Shown here one piece after another: positions 39,152-47,176 of a stretch of 58,664 bases of DNA (the first letter of the stretch is position 1; every line of letters begins with the position of its first letter). Source of the DNA: Deltaproteobacteria bacterium (lineage in GTDB: Bacteria; Myxococcota_A; Polyangia; JAAYKL01). The stretch is from the NCBI GenBank assembly GCA_030621515.1, contig JAUXHN010000002.1, positions 1 through 58,664 of the forward strand. The letters are read 5' to 3'. The position numbers were made by a program, and so were the translations under genes. The notes beneath the pieces were generated by a model. That model was not told the origin of the DNA. It ran no database searches and saw only the letters and a program-made list of their open reading frames with translations.

Positions 39152-39517
39152 CTACTTCTCCGAAAGCCAATCCTCGGCTTCTGCCTCGTTCTCGAAAACC
39201 TCTACCTGAACATTCTTTTTCTTGAGATGAACGGAGACCATATTCGCTATTCCCACGGACACGACTCTCGAAACCAGAAAGGCCCACTTGATCGGCTTGT
39301 CATGCTCGGGGGCCATACCCATCAGCGAAAGAAGGGTCCTGGTATCGATAACATTCTCGTGTTTCCTGACGTCCAAAAGGACATTCAGTCCATCTGTTCG
39401 AAGTTCGTCGTCCCTGAATTCTGAAAAACAGCGGATCCAGTCGGACGCATCTGTTGTTCCCGACACAGTTATGTAGACCGTGTTCCTGGCGGTATCTATT
39501 TTGTATGTGATCCCCAT
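39152..39517 (-). CDS. Small STAS/SpoIIAA-fold-like protein
   Basis: 121 aa. The alternating beta/alpha pattern and the ending ...VFENEAEAEDWL are typical of STAS-like domains. The assignment is weak. Confidence 0.4.
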   Translation of the reverse strand: MGITYKIDTARNTVYITVSGTTDASDWIRCFSEFRDDELRTDGLNVLLDVRKHENVIDTRTLLSLMGMAPEHDKPIKWAFLVSRVVSVGIANMVSVHLKKKNVQVEVFENEAEAEDWLSEK

Positions 39518-39580
39518 GTTTCCCCCAGAACACTATACCGCAAAATAAGACCGTAGAAAACGGAATTTTGTACCAGTCTC

Positions 39581-41593
39581 CTATGGCTGGTACTCGAAGG
39601 CGCCCATGTCGGTGTATGCGGGGGTGCCTGCTCCGACAGCGGTAGTGGCCGGATCGTCGACGCGGGGGTTGCCGTCGATGTCCAGCGCGGGCGCCGCGTC
39701 CCCGTTCGCAATATCGATGCAGCCCGACCCCGTATCGAGGTGCAGGTCGTAGATCTCGTAGGAATCACCGCCCCCGGCGAAAGAGGTCATGTCCCCCCAC
39801 AGGTAGATGGTGTCGCTGGTGTTGTTCACGATCCAGAGCCGCACGTATTCCCCCGTCTTGGGAAGGACGAAGAGGCCGTCGAGTTCTCCGGGGGTCCACG
39901 AGGCAGACGAATCATGAAGCTCGGTCTTGTAGTCGGCGGCCACGTACGTAACGGTGAGCCATGTGCCCGAATCGAGCACGTCCCCGACAAAACCGGGATC
40001 GACATCGACGTTGCCGGCGCCCGTGTACCCGCCGTCGAAGTCGCTGTAGGTTATCGTCATCACCCCGCCGTTGTCGTCGAAAAGCTCCGCCGGAATGTCG
40101 CCCCACAAGATCGAATTGGTCACTGTTACGTTCGTGGCGGCATCCCGGTACTGAATGGCTCCGCCGTTGTTGTTCGACCAGTTGCCCGTGAAGGTGCAGT
40201 TGACGAAGGTATTGTCACCGCCTCCCCTGTACTGGATGCCGCCACCGTTGTTCGCCACGTTGCCCGTGAAGACAGCGGAGGTCACATCGGTGAAGCAGTT
40301 GTTTTCGCTGTACATTCCACCAGCCCTGTCGGCCGCGAAGTTGCCTGCGAAGATGGCATTCTCGTAAGTAGCGACGACGTTTTCCCTGTTGTAGATCGCC
40401 CCTCCGCGTCCCCCGGTGTTCCCCGAAAAAACACAATTCGAATAGGTAGGGGTGCCGCTGGCGCGGTTCTGAATCGCGCCCCCCTCGTTGCTGATGTTGC
40501 CGGCGAAGACGCAGCCGGTGAAGCTAAGTGAAGAATTCTCGCTGTAAACGGCGCCGCCACGGTTGTCCGCGATGTTCTGAACGAATACGCAGTTGGCAAC
40601 CGAAGGTGATACCCCGATGTTGAACATCCCTCCCCCATGGGCGCCACCCGCATCTCCATCGGCAACAATGAAGCCGTCCAGCGTCGCGTCGTTCGCCCCC
40701 GTCACCACGTGTACGACCTGATCTGAGCAGGACAGATCGTCGCAACCACTGAGGACGGTCTCGTTCACCTCGAAATCCCGCTGGGATTTCAGCGTCTCGC
40801 CCCCCAGAAAACCTCCGTACACATGAACATGGGAAGCCATGGAGACCGTGTCGGAGTCCGCCGATGAGTAGGTGTAGTAAACCCCCTGCGCCACCCAGAC
40901 TTCACAGTCGTCTATGTCCACGCTGGACGCCACGGCAGCAGCAGCAGCGTCGATGCCCGCCTGCGCGTCGGTGAACGCCAGAGCCCACGTCGTGCCGTTG
41001 GGGCTGCCCACTGTGGAACCAATATCGACGTAACGCACGCAGGTCTCGCAATCCACCTCCGCCCAGCCGGGGAGACAACTGGTGCAACCCGATGACACGT
41101 CCCAGTTGGGAGGACACGTGCCGCAGTCGTCGCCCGCATCGACCCACTGGTCCTCGCAGCTGGTGCAACCCGTCGTGATGTCCCAGTTCCCCACGCACTG
41201 ACACTCCGCCGTCGCGGTGGTGAGGTCCACGCAAAAACCGTTGGTGTCGTGACAATCGTCGGCCACAGCGCCCTCCGCGTCGCACGTGTCGTACCAGTGC
41301 ACGTTCCCGTCCGCACCGCATTGCTGATAGCTCTGATCCACACAAGTATCGGTATCAGTGTCTGTATCTGTATCTGTATCCGTGTCCGTGTCGGTATCCG
41401 TGTCCGTGTCCGTGTCGGTATCCGTGTCCGTGTCCGTGTCGGTATCCGTGTCCGTGTCTATGTCAGTGTCAGCATCAGTACCCGTGTCGGTATCTGTGTC
41501 CATTCCTCCGTCCACGTTCTGGAAAGGGTCAGGCGCGGGGTCGCTGCAGCCCCAGCAAATGATCAATACCGAGAAAGGGATAATTAGTTTCAT
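39581..41593 (-). CDS. Lipoprotein with a 52-residue (Asp-Thr)n linker, a Cys-rich segment and right-handed parallel beta-helix (Pmp/PbH1-like) repeats
   Basis: GGAGGAACAA RBS before the ATG at 41593. N-terminus MKLIIPFSVLIICWGC. Repeated GGA(I/V)(Y/Q)...F.GN motifs. Confidence 0.75.
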   Translation of the reverse strand: MKLIIPFSVLIICWGCSDPAPDPFQNVDGGMDTDTDTGTDADTDIDTDTDTDTDTDTDTDTDTDTDTDTDTDTDTDTDTDTDTCVDQSYQQCGADGNVHWYDTCDAEGAVADDCHDTNGFCVDLTTATAECQCVGNWDITTGCTSCEDQWVDAGDDCGTCPPNWDVSSGCTSCLPGWAEVDCETCVRYVDIGSTVGSPNGTTWALAFTDAQAGIDAAAAAVASSVDIDDCEVWVAQGVYYTYSSADSDTVSMASHVHVYGGFLGGETLKSQRDFEVNETVLSGCDDLSCSDQVVHVVTGANDATLDGFIVADGDAGGAHGGGMFNIGVSPSVANCVFVQNIADNRGGAVYSENSSLSFTGCVFAGNISNEGGAIQNRASGTPTYSNCVFSGNTGGRGGAIYNRENVVATYENAIFAGNFAADRAGGMYSENNCFTDVTSAVFTGNVANNGGGIQYRGGGDNTFVNCTFTGNWSNNNGGAIQYRDAATNVTVTNSILWGDIPAELFDDNGGVMTITYSDFDGGYTGAGNVDVDPGFVGDVLDSGTWLTVTYVAADYKTELHDSSASWTPGELDGLFVLPKTGEYVRLWIVNNTSDTIYLWGDMTSFAGGGDSYEIYDLHLDTGSGCIDIANGDAAPALDIDGNPRVDDPATTAVGAGTPAYTDMGAFEYQP
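41345..41500 (-). repeat. Hexanucleotide microsatellite encoding (D-T)n, the longest tract in the window
   Basis: 156 nt of GAY-ACN periodicity. Confidence 0.95.
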
Positions 41594-41700
41594 TTGTTCC
41601 TCCGTATATCTATTTTCGTCGATCGGAGGAATGTGCACAACTATCAACGGCTCCGATATGCGTTTCCTTCGCGCTGCGCAACCGTGGTAATGCTCTCACC

Positions 41701-42873
41701 ATGAGCACGAGGGACGGTAGACACGACAGCATCGAAACACGCGAGGTCTGTTACCGTTGCTTCAAGCCGAAGGTCGTGTGCATCTGTAAAAACCTGGCCC
41801 GGGTAAAGAACAGGACGGAGGTTTTCATCCTCCAGCACAAGAGTGAGCACCTGCATCCCATCGGCACGGCGCGCATCGCCGTCCTCGGCCTGGACAGGGT
41901 AAATCTGAAGGTGGTGTTGCCGGACGAAAACGGCCGTTTCACCTGCGACCCAATTCCCCTCCAGCGGGCCGGATTGCTTTACCCCGGCGAGGATGCTCGG
42001 GACCTATCACAACTTCGCGAAGACGAACGACCCGATCAGCTCGTCGTGCTCGACGGTTCCTGGTCCGACGCGCGGCATCTTCTGCGGGACAACCCCTGGC
42101 TGGAGAAACTTCCACGATACTCACTGACGCCAACTGCGCCGAGCCGGTACCGGATAAGGGCCGAGCCGAGCGCGAAGGCGGTTTCCACTATCGAGTCCAT
42201 AGTGCAGTCGCTTCAGATATTGGAGCCGGAAACCGACAACCTCGAATCCCTCATCGACGTCTTCGACGCGATGATCGACGACCAGATAGAATACCACCTG
42301 TCCTGCGGCGATGATCCAACGAGCCGGAGGAAAAAACGCCCCCGCCAACGAGAAGATCAGTCGATTCCCCACTGCCTGCGCGGCGGACTCGAACGAGTCA
42401 TCATCGCATACGGCGAGTCGGTGCCCCATCCTGGCAACGGCAGGGCGCTGATATCCTGGGCGGCCGTCCGACCCGCCGACGGCGAGCTGTTCGAGCGGTT
42501 CATCACCCCCCCGTCCGGCGCCATTGTCACCGGAGATCACCTGGAGTTGATGGGGCTTCGCCGCGAGCAGTTTCGCGATGCTGTCGATCCCGAGGAACTC
42601 GGTAGAGAATGGCGGCGGTTCGCGAGCCCCGATCATCTCCTGATCACATGGAACCGCAGTATCCTGAATTTGTTTACTCGAACCGTCGGAGGTGAGCAGG
42701 CGGGCATCTTCCTCAAGGCGATCTACACCAACGTGACCCGGGGCAAGTGCGGCCACCTGCACGAGGTCGTCCGCTCCGAGAACCTGACGCCCCCGGAATC
42801 GGCCCTCGCCGGACGCGCGGGAAGGCAGGTTGGTCAGATGCTTGCGGTGGCCCGGTTCCTGCTGGATAGCTGA
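41701..42873 (+). CDS. DTW-domain protein (tRNA-uridine aminocarboxypropyltransferase family, TapT/YfiP-like) with a C-terminal extension of about 190 aa
   Basis: N-terminal CYRCFKPKVVCIC zinc-type motif, DTW-equivalent motif LVVLDGSWSDA, and RYRIRAEP. Canonical DTW proteins are about 200 aa; this one is 390 aa. Confidence 0.75.
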   Translation: MSTRDGRHDSIETREVCYRCFKPKVVCICKNLARVKNRTEVFILQHKSEHLHPIGTARIAVLGLDRVNLKVVLPDENGRFTCDPIPLQRAGLLYPGEDARDLSQLREDERPDQLVVLDGSWSDARHLLRDNPWLEKLPRYSLTPTAPSRYRIRAEPSAKAVSTIESIVQSLQILEPETDNLESLIDVFDAMIDDQIEYHLSCGDDPTSRRKKRPRQREDQSIPHCLRGGLERVIIAYGESVPHPGNGRALISWAAVRPADGELFERFITPPSGAIVTGDHLELMGLRREQFRDAVDPEELGREWRRFASPDHLLITWNRSILNLFTRTVGGEQAGIFLKAIYTNVTRGKCGHLHEVVRSENLTPPESALAGRAGRQVGQMLAVARFLLDS

Positions 42874-42899
42874 TTACGATACGGCGAGTGGGTAATGCT

Positions 42900-43244
42900 T
42901 CAGGAGGGCTTGGGGTATTTGCCACCAGACTCCATGAACCTGTCGAGCATATCGACGTACTCGGCGGGAGCCTCAGCCACCCGGGACACTTCATCCCAGG
43001 GATCCGGTTTTTGGGATGGCACACGAGAAAGTACGACCGCGAGGTCGGCTCTTGCGTTTCGGGCGGCGTCCACAGCGCGAGCTGCATGCGTTCTGGAAAT
43101 CCTGTGCTCCGCTACCTTGGAAGCGATGCAGTAGCGCAGATACTGGCTAAGGGACACCCCCTGGGCGCCGGCCTCGTCTGCCGCTTTGGCATGAAGATCG
43201 AGGGGTAGGCGGAGATTTACGGCTTTGGGTTTTTTATTACTCAT
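42900..43244 (-). CDS. Ribbon-helix-helix/HicB-type antitoxin-like protein, partner of the upstream PIN gene
   Basis: LRLPLDLHAKAADEAGAQGVSLSQYLRYCI is an RHH-type N-terminus. It overlaps the PIN gene by 8 nt. Confidence 0.6.
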   Translation of the reverse strand: MSNKKPKAVNLRLPLDLHAKAADEAGAQGVSLSQYLRYCIASKVAEHRISRTHAARAVDAARNARADLAVVLSRVPSQKPDPWDEVSRVAEAPAEYVDMLDRFMESGGKYPKPS

Positions 43245-43650
43245 TTTTTCTCTCCAGGTATCTGAGCACAGCTCCCGGCGGCACTACAACCACCGTTGAG
43301 TCGGCGCTTCTGAAATCCCGCAGGTTGTACGTGACCAGCACTGCATCTGCGTTGTATGCGCACTCTACAACCAGATCATCTCCGGGATCGTCTGCAAGAG
43401 GGCGCAGTCGATACCGGATCTCCACCCAATTAGCCAGAGCGGCAACGGAGTCCAGAAAATCCACAACCTCGGCGAAGGAAAGTGGGACCATTCCGGGTCT
43501 GCAAAGAACTTCTTCGTATTCCAGCATTAGCGCATTGCTCACCTGCAAGCTCAGTGACCCATCCAAAAGGTGACCGAACAACTTGAACGAAGCGCCGTTG
43601 GACGATCGTAGACCTGAGACCATAACGCAAGTATCAAGAACGATCTTCAT
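43237..43650 (-). CDS. PIN-domain toxin (TIGR00305-like)
   Basis: MKIVLDTCVMVSGL (first acidic residue), later acidic residues (EYEE, DDPGDD), 137 aa. Confidence 0.75.
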   Translation of the reverse strand: MKIVLDTCVMVSGLRSSNGASFKLFGHLLDGSLSLQVSNALMLEYEEVLCRPGMVPLSFAEVVDFLDSVAALANWVEIRYRLRPLADDPGDDLVVECAYNADAVLVTYNLRDFRSADSTVVVVPPGAVLRYLERKNE

Positions 43651-43798
43651 GAATGAAAGATACCATATATAGCATCATTAAGAAAGCTTTTATATCCTAT
43701 ACGATTCTTATAGACCCAGATAGGTACCGAAATAAGGTGGTCAGTGAGCCGGAGTCAGGACACCTGGCACTCGGCAAAACCGACCAAAATGGCGCCCA

Positions 43799-43843
43799 TT
43801 CCGAAATAGTCTTGACTATTTCGGAATAGATGCCATAATAGTC
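43799..43843 (+). promoter_or_regulatory. Promoter (TTGACT-N16-CATAAT) with overlapping inverted repeats, predicting a leaderless mRNA for the ATPase gene
   Basis: An 11-bp perfect inverted repeat (TTCCGAAATAG / CTATTTCGGAA, 43799-43826) straddles the -35. GACTATT-N16-AATAGTC (43814-43843) is conserved with the paralog promoter at 12471-12506. The ATG at 43847 lies 7 nt after the -10. Confidence 0.5.
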
Positions 43844-43846
43844 GGG

Positions 43847-44965
43847 ATGGAACGGACCAAGAAAACCCCCATTCGAAATGATCTGGACTCCAGGATTGTG
43901 TTGCTGTCCGGTCCCCGTCAGGTGGGCAAGACCACGCTTTCCAGGCAGATTATCGAGAAGTTCGAATACTTCAATCACGACCTGGCAGACCACCGCATCG
44001 CGATCAAGGAACGAAGCTGGGATCGGCAGACGGATCTCGTGATTCTGGACGAGCTTCACAAAATGAGAAACTGGAAATCCTGGCTCAAGGGCGTCTACGA
44101 CGTGGAGGGTCCCAGGCCTCGACTTCTGGTAACCGGCAGTGCAAGGCTGGACATTGCCCGCAAAGTGGGAGATTCCCTCGCCGGACGTTTCTTCAGTCAC
44201 AGACTCCATCCCCTGGATTTGAAAGAGCTCCACGATCATGCACCCCCGGTCGAATCATTCCAGACTCTCATGCGGGTGGGCGGATTCCCCGAACCGTTCC
44301 TGAACGGAAATGATCTCTTCTACAATCGATGGCGCCGCTCCCACATCGACATCATTCTCCGACAGGATCTAATAGATCTGGAGATAGTCGGAAACATTCA
44401 GGCCATAGAGACACTTGTCGAGCTACTAAAAGCGAGAGTGGGTTCCTCCGTATCGATGAGCAGTCTGGCCCGAGATCTGGAGTGTGATTCCAAGACAATC
44501 AAACGCTGGATCACATTACTCGAGAACTTGTACGTCATCTTCAAAGTCACCCCGTATCACCGCAATATCGCCCGCTCACTGCTCAAAGAGCCCAAGCTCT
44601 ATTTCTACGATATCGGCCTGGTCCCGAACCGGGCCTCGCGCCTCGAAAACCTCGTTGCCTGCGCCCTGAAAAAAGAACTCGATCGCCTCGACGACGAAAG
44701 CGGCAAGAAGACGAGACTTTGCTACCTTCGTACAAAAGACAAGCGAGAGATCGATTTCGCGGTAGTGATGGATGGGCAGGTCTCCACTCTCATCGAAGTA
44801 AAAACCTCCGACGATACGCCTACCAAGGATTTCGAGCATTTTTCCAAATTCCTGCCCGACACCAGGAAGATACAGTTGGTTTCCAACCTCGACAGAGAAA
44901 AAACCTACCCGAACGGCACAGAGGTCCGTGGGATGATTCCATGGCTTGGCCGACTCGAACTGTAG
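43847..44965 (+). CDS. AAA-type ATPase of the COG1373 / DUF4143 family (second copy)
   Basis: Walker A LSGPRQVGKTT and Walker B LVILDELH. It is collinear with 11347..12468. Confidence 0.75.
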   Translation: MERTKKTPIRNDLDSRIVLLSGPRQVGKTTLSRQIIEKFEYFNHDLADHRIAIKERSWDRQTDLVILDELHKMRNWKSWLKGVYDVEGPRPRLLVTGSARLDIARKVGDSLAGRFFSHRLHPLDLKELHDHAPPVESFQTLMRVGGFPEPFLNGNDLFYNRWRRSHIDIILRQDLIDLEIVGNIQAIETLVELLKARVGSSVSMSSLARDLECDSKTIKRWITLLENLYVIFKVTPYHRNIARSLLKEPKLYFYDIGLVPNRASRLENLVACALKKELDRLDDESGKKTRLCYLRTKDKREIDFAVVMDGQVSTLIEVKTSDDTPTKDFEHFSKFLPDTRKIQLVSNLDREKTYPNGTEVRGMIPWLGRLEL

Positions 44966-44974
44966 TTCATCAGG

Positions 44975-45649
44975 CTACATCGCCAGGAGAATGAGCTTGG
45001 AGGCGGCCTCGGCGACGAAGATGCCTATAAGGAAGGCGATTACCAGCTTGCCGCCTCGCAGCCCCGAGGCGTGACGGAAACCGAACACCAGGGTGGCGAT
45101 GAACCATGAGATAATCACCACCGCCACGATGATCATTGGGATCATTCCAGTTATCTCCCCCGCAGCCGACATGGGATCCGACGCTATTCGCGCCATCACT
45201 TCGAGGTCGGGGGTCAACGGCGGCAGCGTGAGGCCGCCGATCAACTGGAGCACCCGGGCAATTCCCAGCACCGCCAAAAAGTCGACGAACCGGCTCTTTC
45301 GTGCGAATGGCAACGCTACCAGCCATAGTATCAATGCTGATACAGGCCACGCAATCAGCTGGTCGATAGTCGCCACCCCGACAGCAACCCGACCCGCACC
45401 CATGTGGATATCCATGAAGCCGTCGTACCGCACGTTCATGTACATGGCTACGCCCACCGAAGCGGCCGCCACAACAAGCCCCACGATTATGCCGGGCAGG
45501 GTTCCCACGCGCTCGTAGGGATTGAAGAAGGTCTTGAAACCAAACCGCTTTTCGTCATTCATGGCCGACAGGAGGGAGTCCCCCTCGCCAGACGAGATCT
45601 TGCCCTGCTCGACCATGTCGAGCACCTTTCTTTTTGCGTCGCTCATCAT
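44975..45649 (-). CDS. Polytopic membrane protein with an N-terminal SHOCT-like helix
   Basis: AAGGAGGTGAA RBS. The ATG at 45649 overlaps the upstream stop (ATGA). MMSDAKRKVLDMVEQGKISSGEGDSLL is followed by at least 5 TM helices. The upstream 113 codons of the track ORF are Arg-rich nonsense. Confidence 0.7.
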   Translation of the reverse strand: MMSDAKRKVLDMVEQGKISSGEGDSLLSAMNDEKRFGFKTFFNPYERVGTLPGIIVGLVVAAASVGVAMYMNVRYDGFMDIHMGAGRVAVGVATIDQLIAWPVSALILWLVALPFARKSRFVDFLAVLGIARVLQLIGGLTLPPLTPDLEVMARIASDPMSAAGEITGMIPMIIVAVVIISWFIATLVFGFRHASGLRGGKLVIAFLIGIFVAEAASKLILLAM

Positions 45650-46017
45650 TTCACCTCCTTCAACCTGGCTGCTCCCTGTGCGGCCGTCATAGATCCGGAG
45701 GCAATGGCGTCGAGGATCTCGTGTTGCCTTATCTCTACCGGGTTGGGAGCATCGTCGAGCCGGGCGATGATGTCGTTGAGCCGGGCGCGAATCGTCGGGT
45801 AGCTCTGCCCCTCGATGCTCGCCATCTCCTTGAGGCTGCCCGACGCCCTGACGAATTTGAGAACAAACTCGAGCTCGCCGGGGTCCAGGCTCAGCAATCC
45901 GGGTATCTCGAACTGACCTTCGAGTTGCAAGTCGCAGCTTGTGCAGCTCAGGCGCGTCACCAGGAGCTTGTCCTGACATGCGGGACATTGTGTAACTAAT
46001 TTGGACATTTGTTTCAT
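45646..46017 (-). CDS. DUF2089-like zinc-ribbon/HTH protein
   Basis: CPACQDKLLVTRLSCTSCDL zinc ribbon, then an HTH-like segment GSLKEMASIEGQSYPTIRARL. The start could be 46017 or 46008. Confidence 0.65.
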   Translation of the reverse strand: MKQMSKLVTQCPACQDKLLVTRLSCTSCDLQLEGQFEIPGLLSLDPGELEFVLKFVRASGSLKEMASIEGQSYPTIRARLNDIIARLDDAPNPVEIRQHEILDAIASGSMTAAQGAARLKEVK

Positions 46018-46179
46018 CCTTTCCTCAAGTATTGTCATAATATTGATCACATAATTAAAAAAGTCAATTAATATATTAATAATATTTAGCCAACGGTTTT
46101 ATTTAATGAAGACAATACATTAAAAAAACCGTTTTTCCCTTCCCCGCTTTACGAGGTATACTGGTATCCGGGGCAAGCA

Positions 46180-47091
46180 ATGAGGACGCGAATGCTGATG
46201 AGATTTTCGAGTTTGATTGTTCTTGCGGCGCTGCTCTTGGCGGCTTGTTCGAACGATTCGAATGGAGATTCCGACGGCGGATTGGACGCGGCCACTGACA
46301 CCGACACTGACTCGGATTCGGACGGCGATACCGATTCGGATACTGACTCGGACACCGATTCGGATACCGACTCGGATACTGACACCGATAACGACGCCGG
46401 GCCTGACGGCGGCGACACAAGCACCCGTGTGCTCTTTATCGGCAACAGCTACACCGCTGCGAACTCGCTCCATACTCTCTTTTTGGACATTGCGGATTCT
46501 GCGGGGTACTCGCCGCAAGTCGAGGTTCAGGCGATCACCGGTGGTGGAATGTGGCTACAGCATCACCTGAACACGGCGTCGACCATGGACACCATCGCGA
46601 ACGGCGATTGGGACTACGTTGTGCTTCAGGAGCAGAGCTACCTGGCTCTCGTGGACTACACCACGTTCTACAACGCGGCCGTTGCCCTCGGTAGCGCCGC
46701 AACCACTGCGGGAGCGGAACCTGTGTTCTTCGAGACATGGGCCATGGAAGCCGGGAATTCACTCTATTCCACCGATCTGGCGGGTTACGATCCGGTCTCG
46801 ATGCAGGCGGGCCTGAGGAACGCGTATACTAATGCCGCGAACGACACGGGCGGTATCTTTGCGCCGGTGGGGGACGCCTGGGAGGTAACCATCGCAGCGC
46901 ATCCGGCAATCGACCTCCATGCCAGCGACGGCAGCCATCCCTCCATCTACGGCTCGTATCTGGCCGCGTGTGTGTTCTTCACTTTGCTCACCGATGAAGA
47001 TTTCACCGCAGTCACCTACTGGCCGGCGAGCATATCTTCGTTCGACGCACAGACCTTGATGAACGTGGCCGATCAGGCTGTCAACTACTGA
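46180..47091 (+). CDS. SGNH/GDSL-like hydrolase lipoprotein with a poly(Asp-Thr/Ser) linker
   Basis: Lipobox LLAAC, block I FIGNSYT, and C-terminal DGSHPS (Asp/His pair). Confidence 0.7.
   Translation: MRTRMLMRFSSLIVLAALLLAACSNDSNGDSDGGLDAATDTDTDSDSDGDTDSDTDSDTDSDTDSDTDTDNDAGPDGGDTSTRVLFIGNSYTAANSLHTLFLDIADSAGYSPQVEVQAITGGGMWLQHHLNTASTMDTIANGDWDYVVLQEQSYLALVDYTTFYNAAVALGSAATTAGAEPVFFETWAMEAGNSLYSTDLAGYDPVSMQAGLRNAYTNAANDTGGIFAPVGDAWEVTIAAHPAIDLHASDGSHPSIYGSYLAACVFFTLLTDEDFTAVTYWPASISSFDAQTLMNVADQAVNY
46294..46395 (+). repeat. Hexanucleotide microsatellite encoding (D-T/S)n
   Basis: aa 39-72 of the 46180 gene. Confidence 0.95.
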
Positions 47092-47131
47092 CGCGGCATT
47101 ACTGCTTTTTTTTGACCTCCTTTATCATCCG

Positions 47132-47173
47132 CAGGCCTCTTCTTTTATGGAACTCAAGTTAAAAGGAGGCCTG
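47132..47173 (+). promoter_or_regulatory. 8-bp stem (CAGGCCTC / GAGGCCTG) whose 3' arm contains the Shine-Dalgarno of the 47177 gene
   Basis: Arms at 47132-47139 and 47166-47173 with a 26-nt loop. The GGAGG of the RBS lies within the 3' arm. Confidence 0.3.
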
Positions 47174-47176
47174 AAA

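Noticed and set aside
46092-46133. Inverted repeat AACGGTTTT...AAAACCGTT in the AT-rich divergent spacer between the DUF2089 gene and the SGNH lipoprotein gene
   Set aside because: The 24-nt loop and the absence of a gene to terminate make a terminator unlikely. It may be a regulator binding site, but nothing else supports that.
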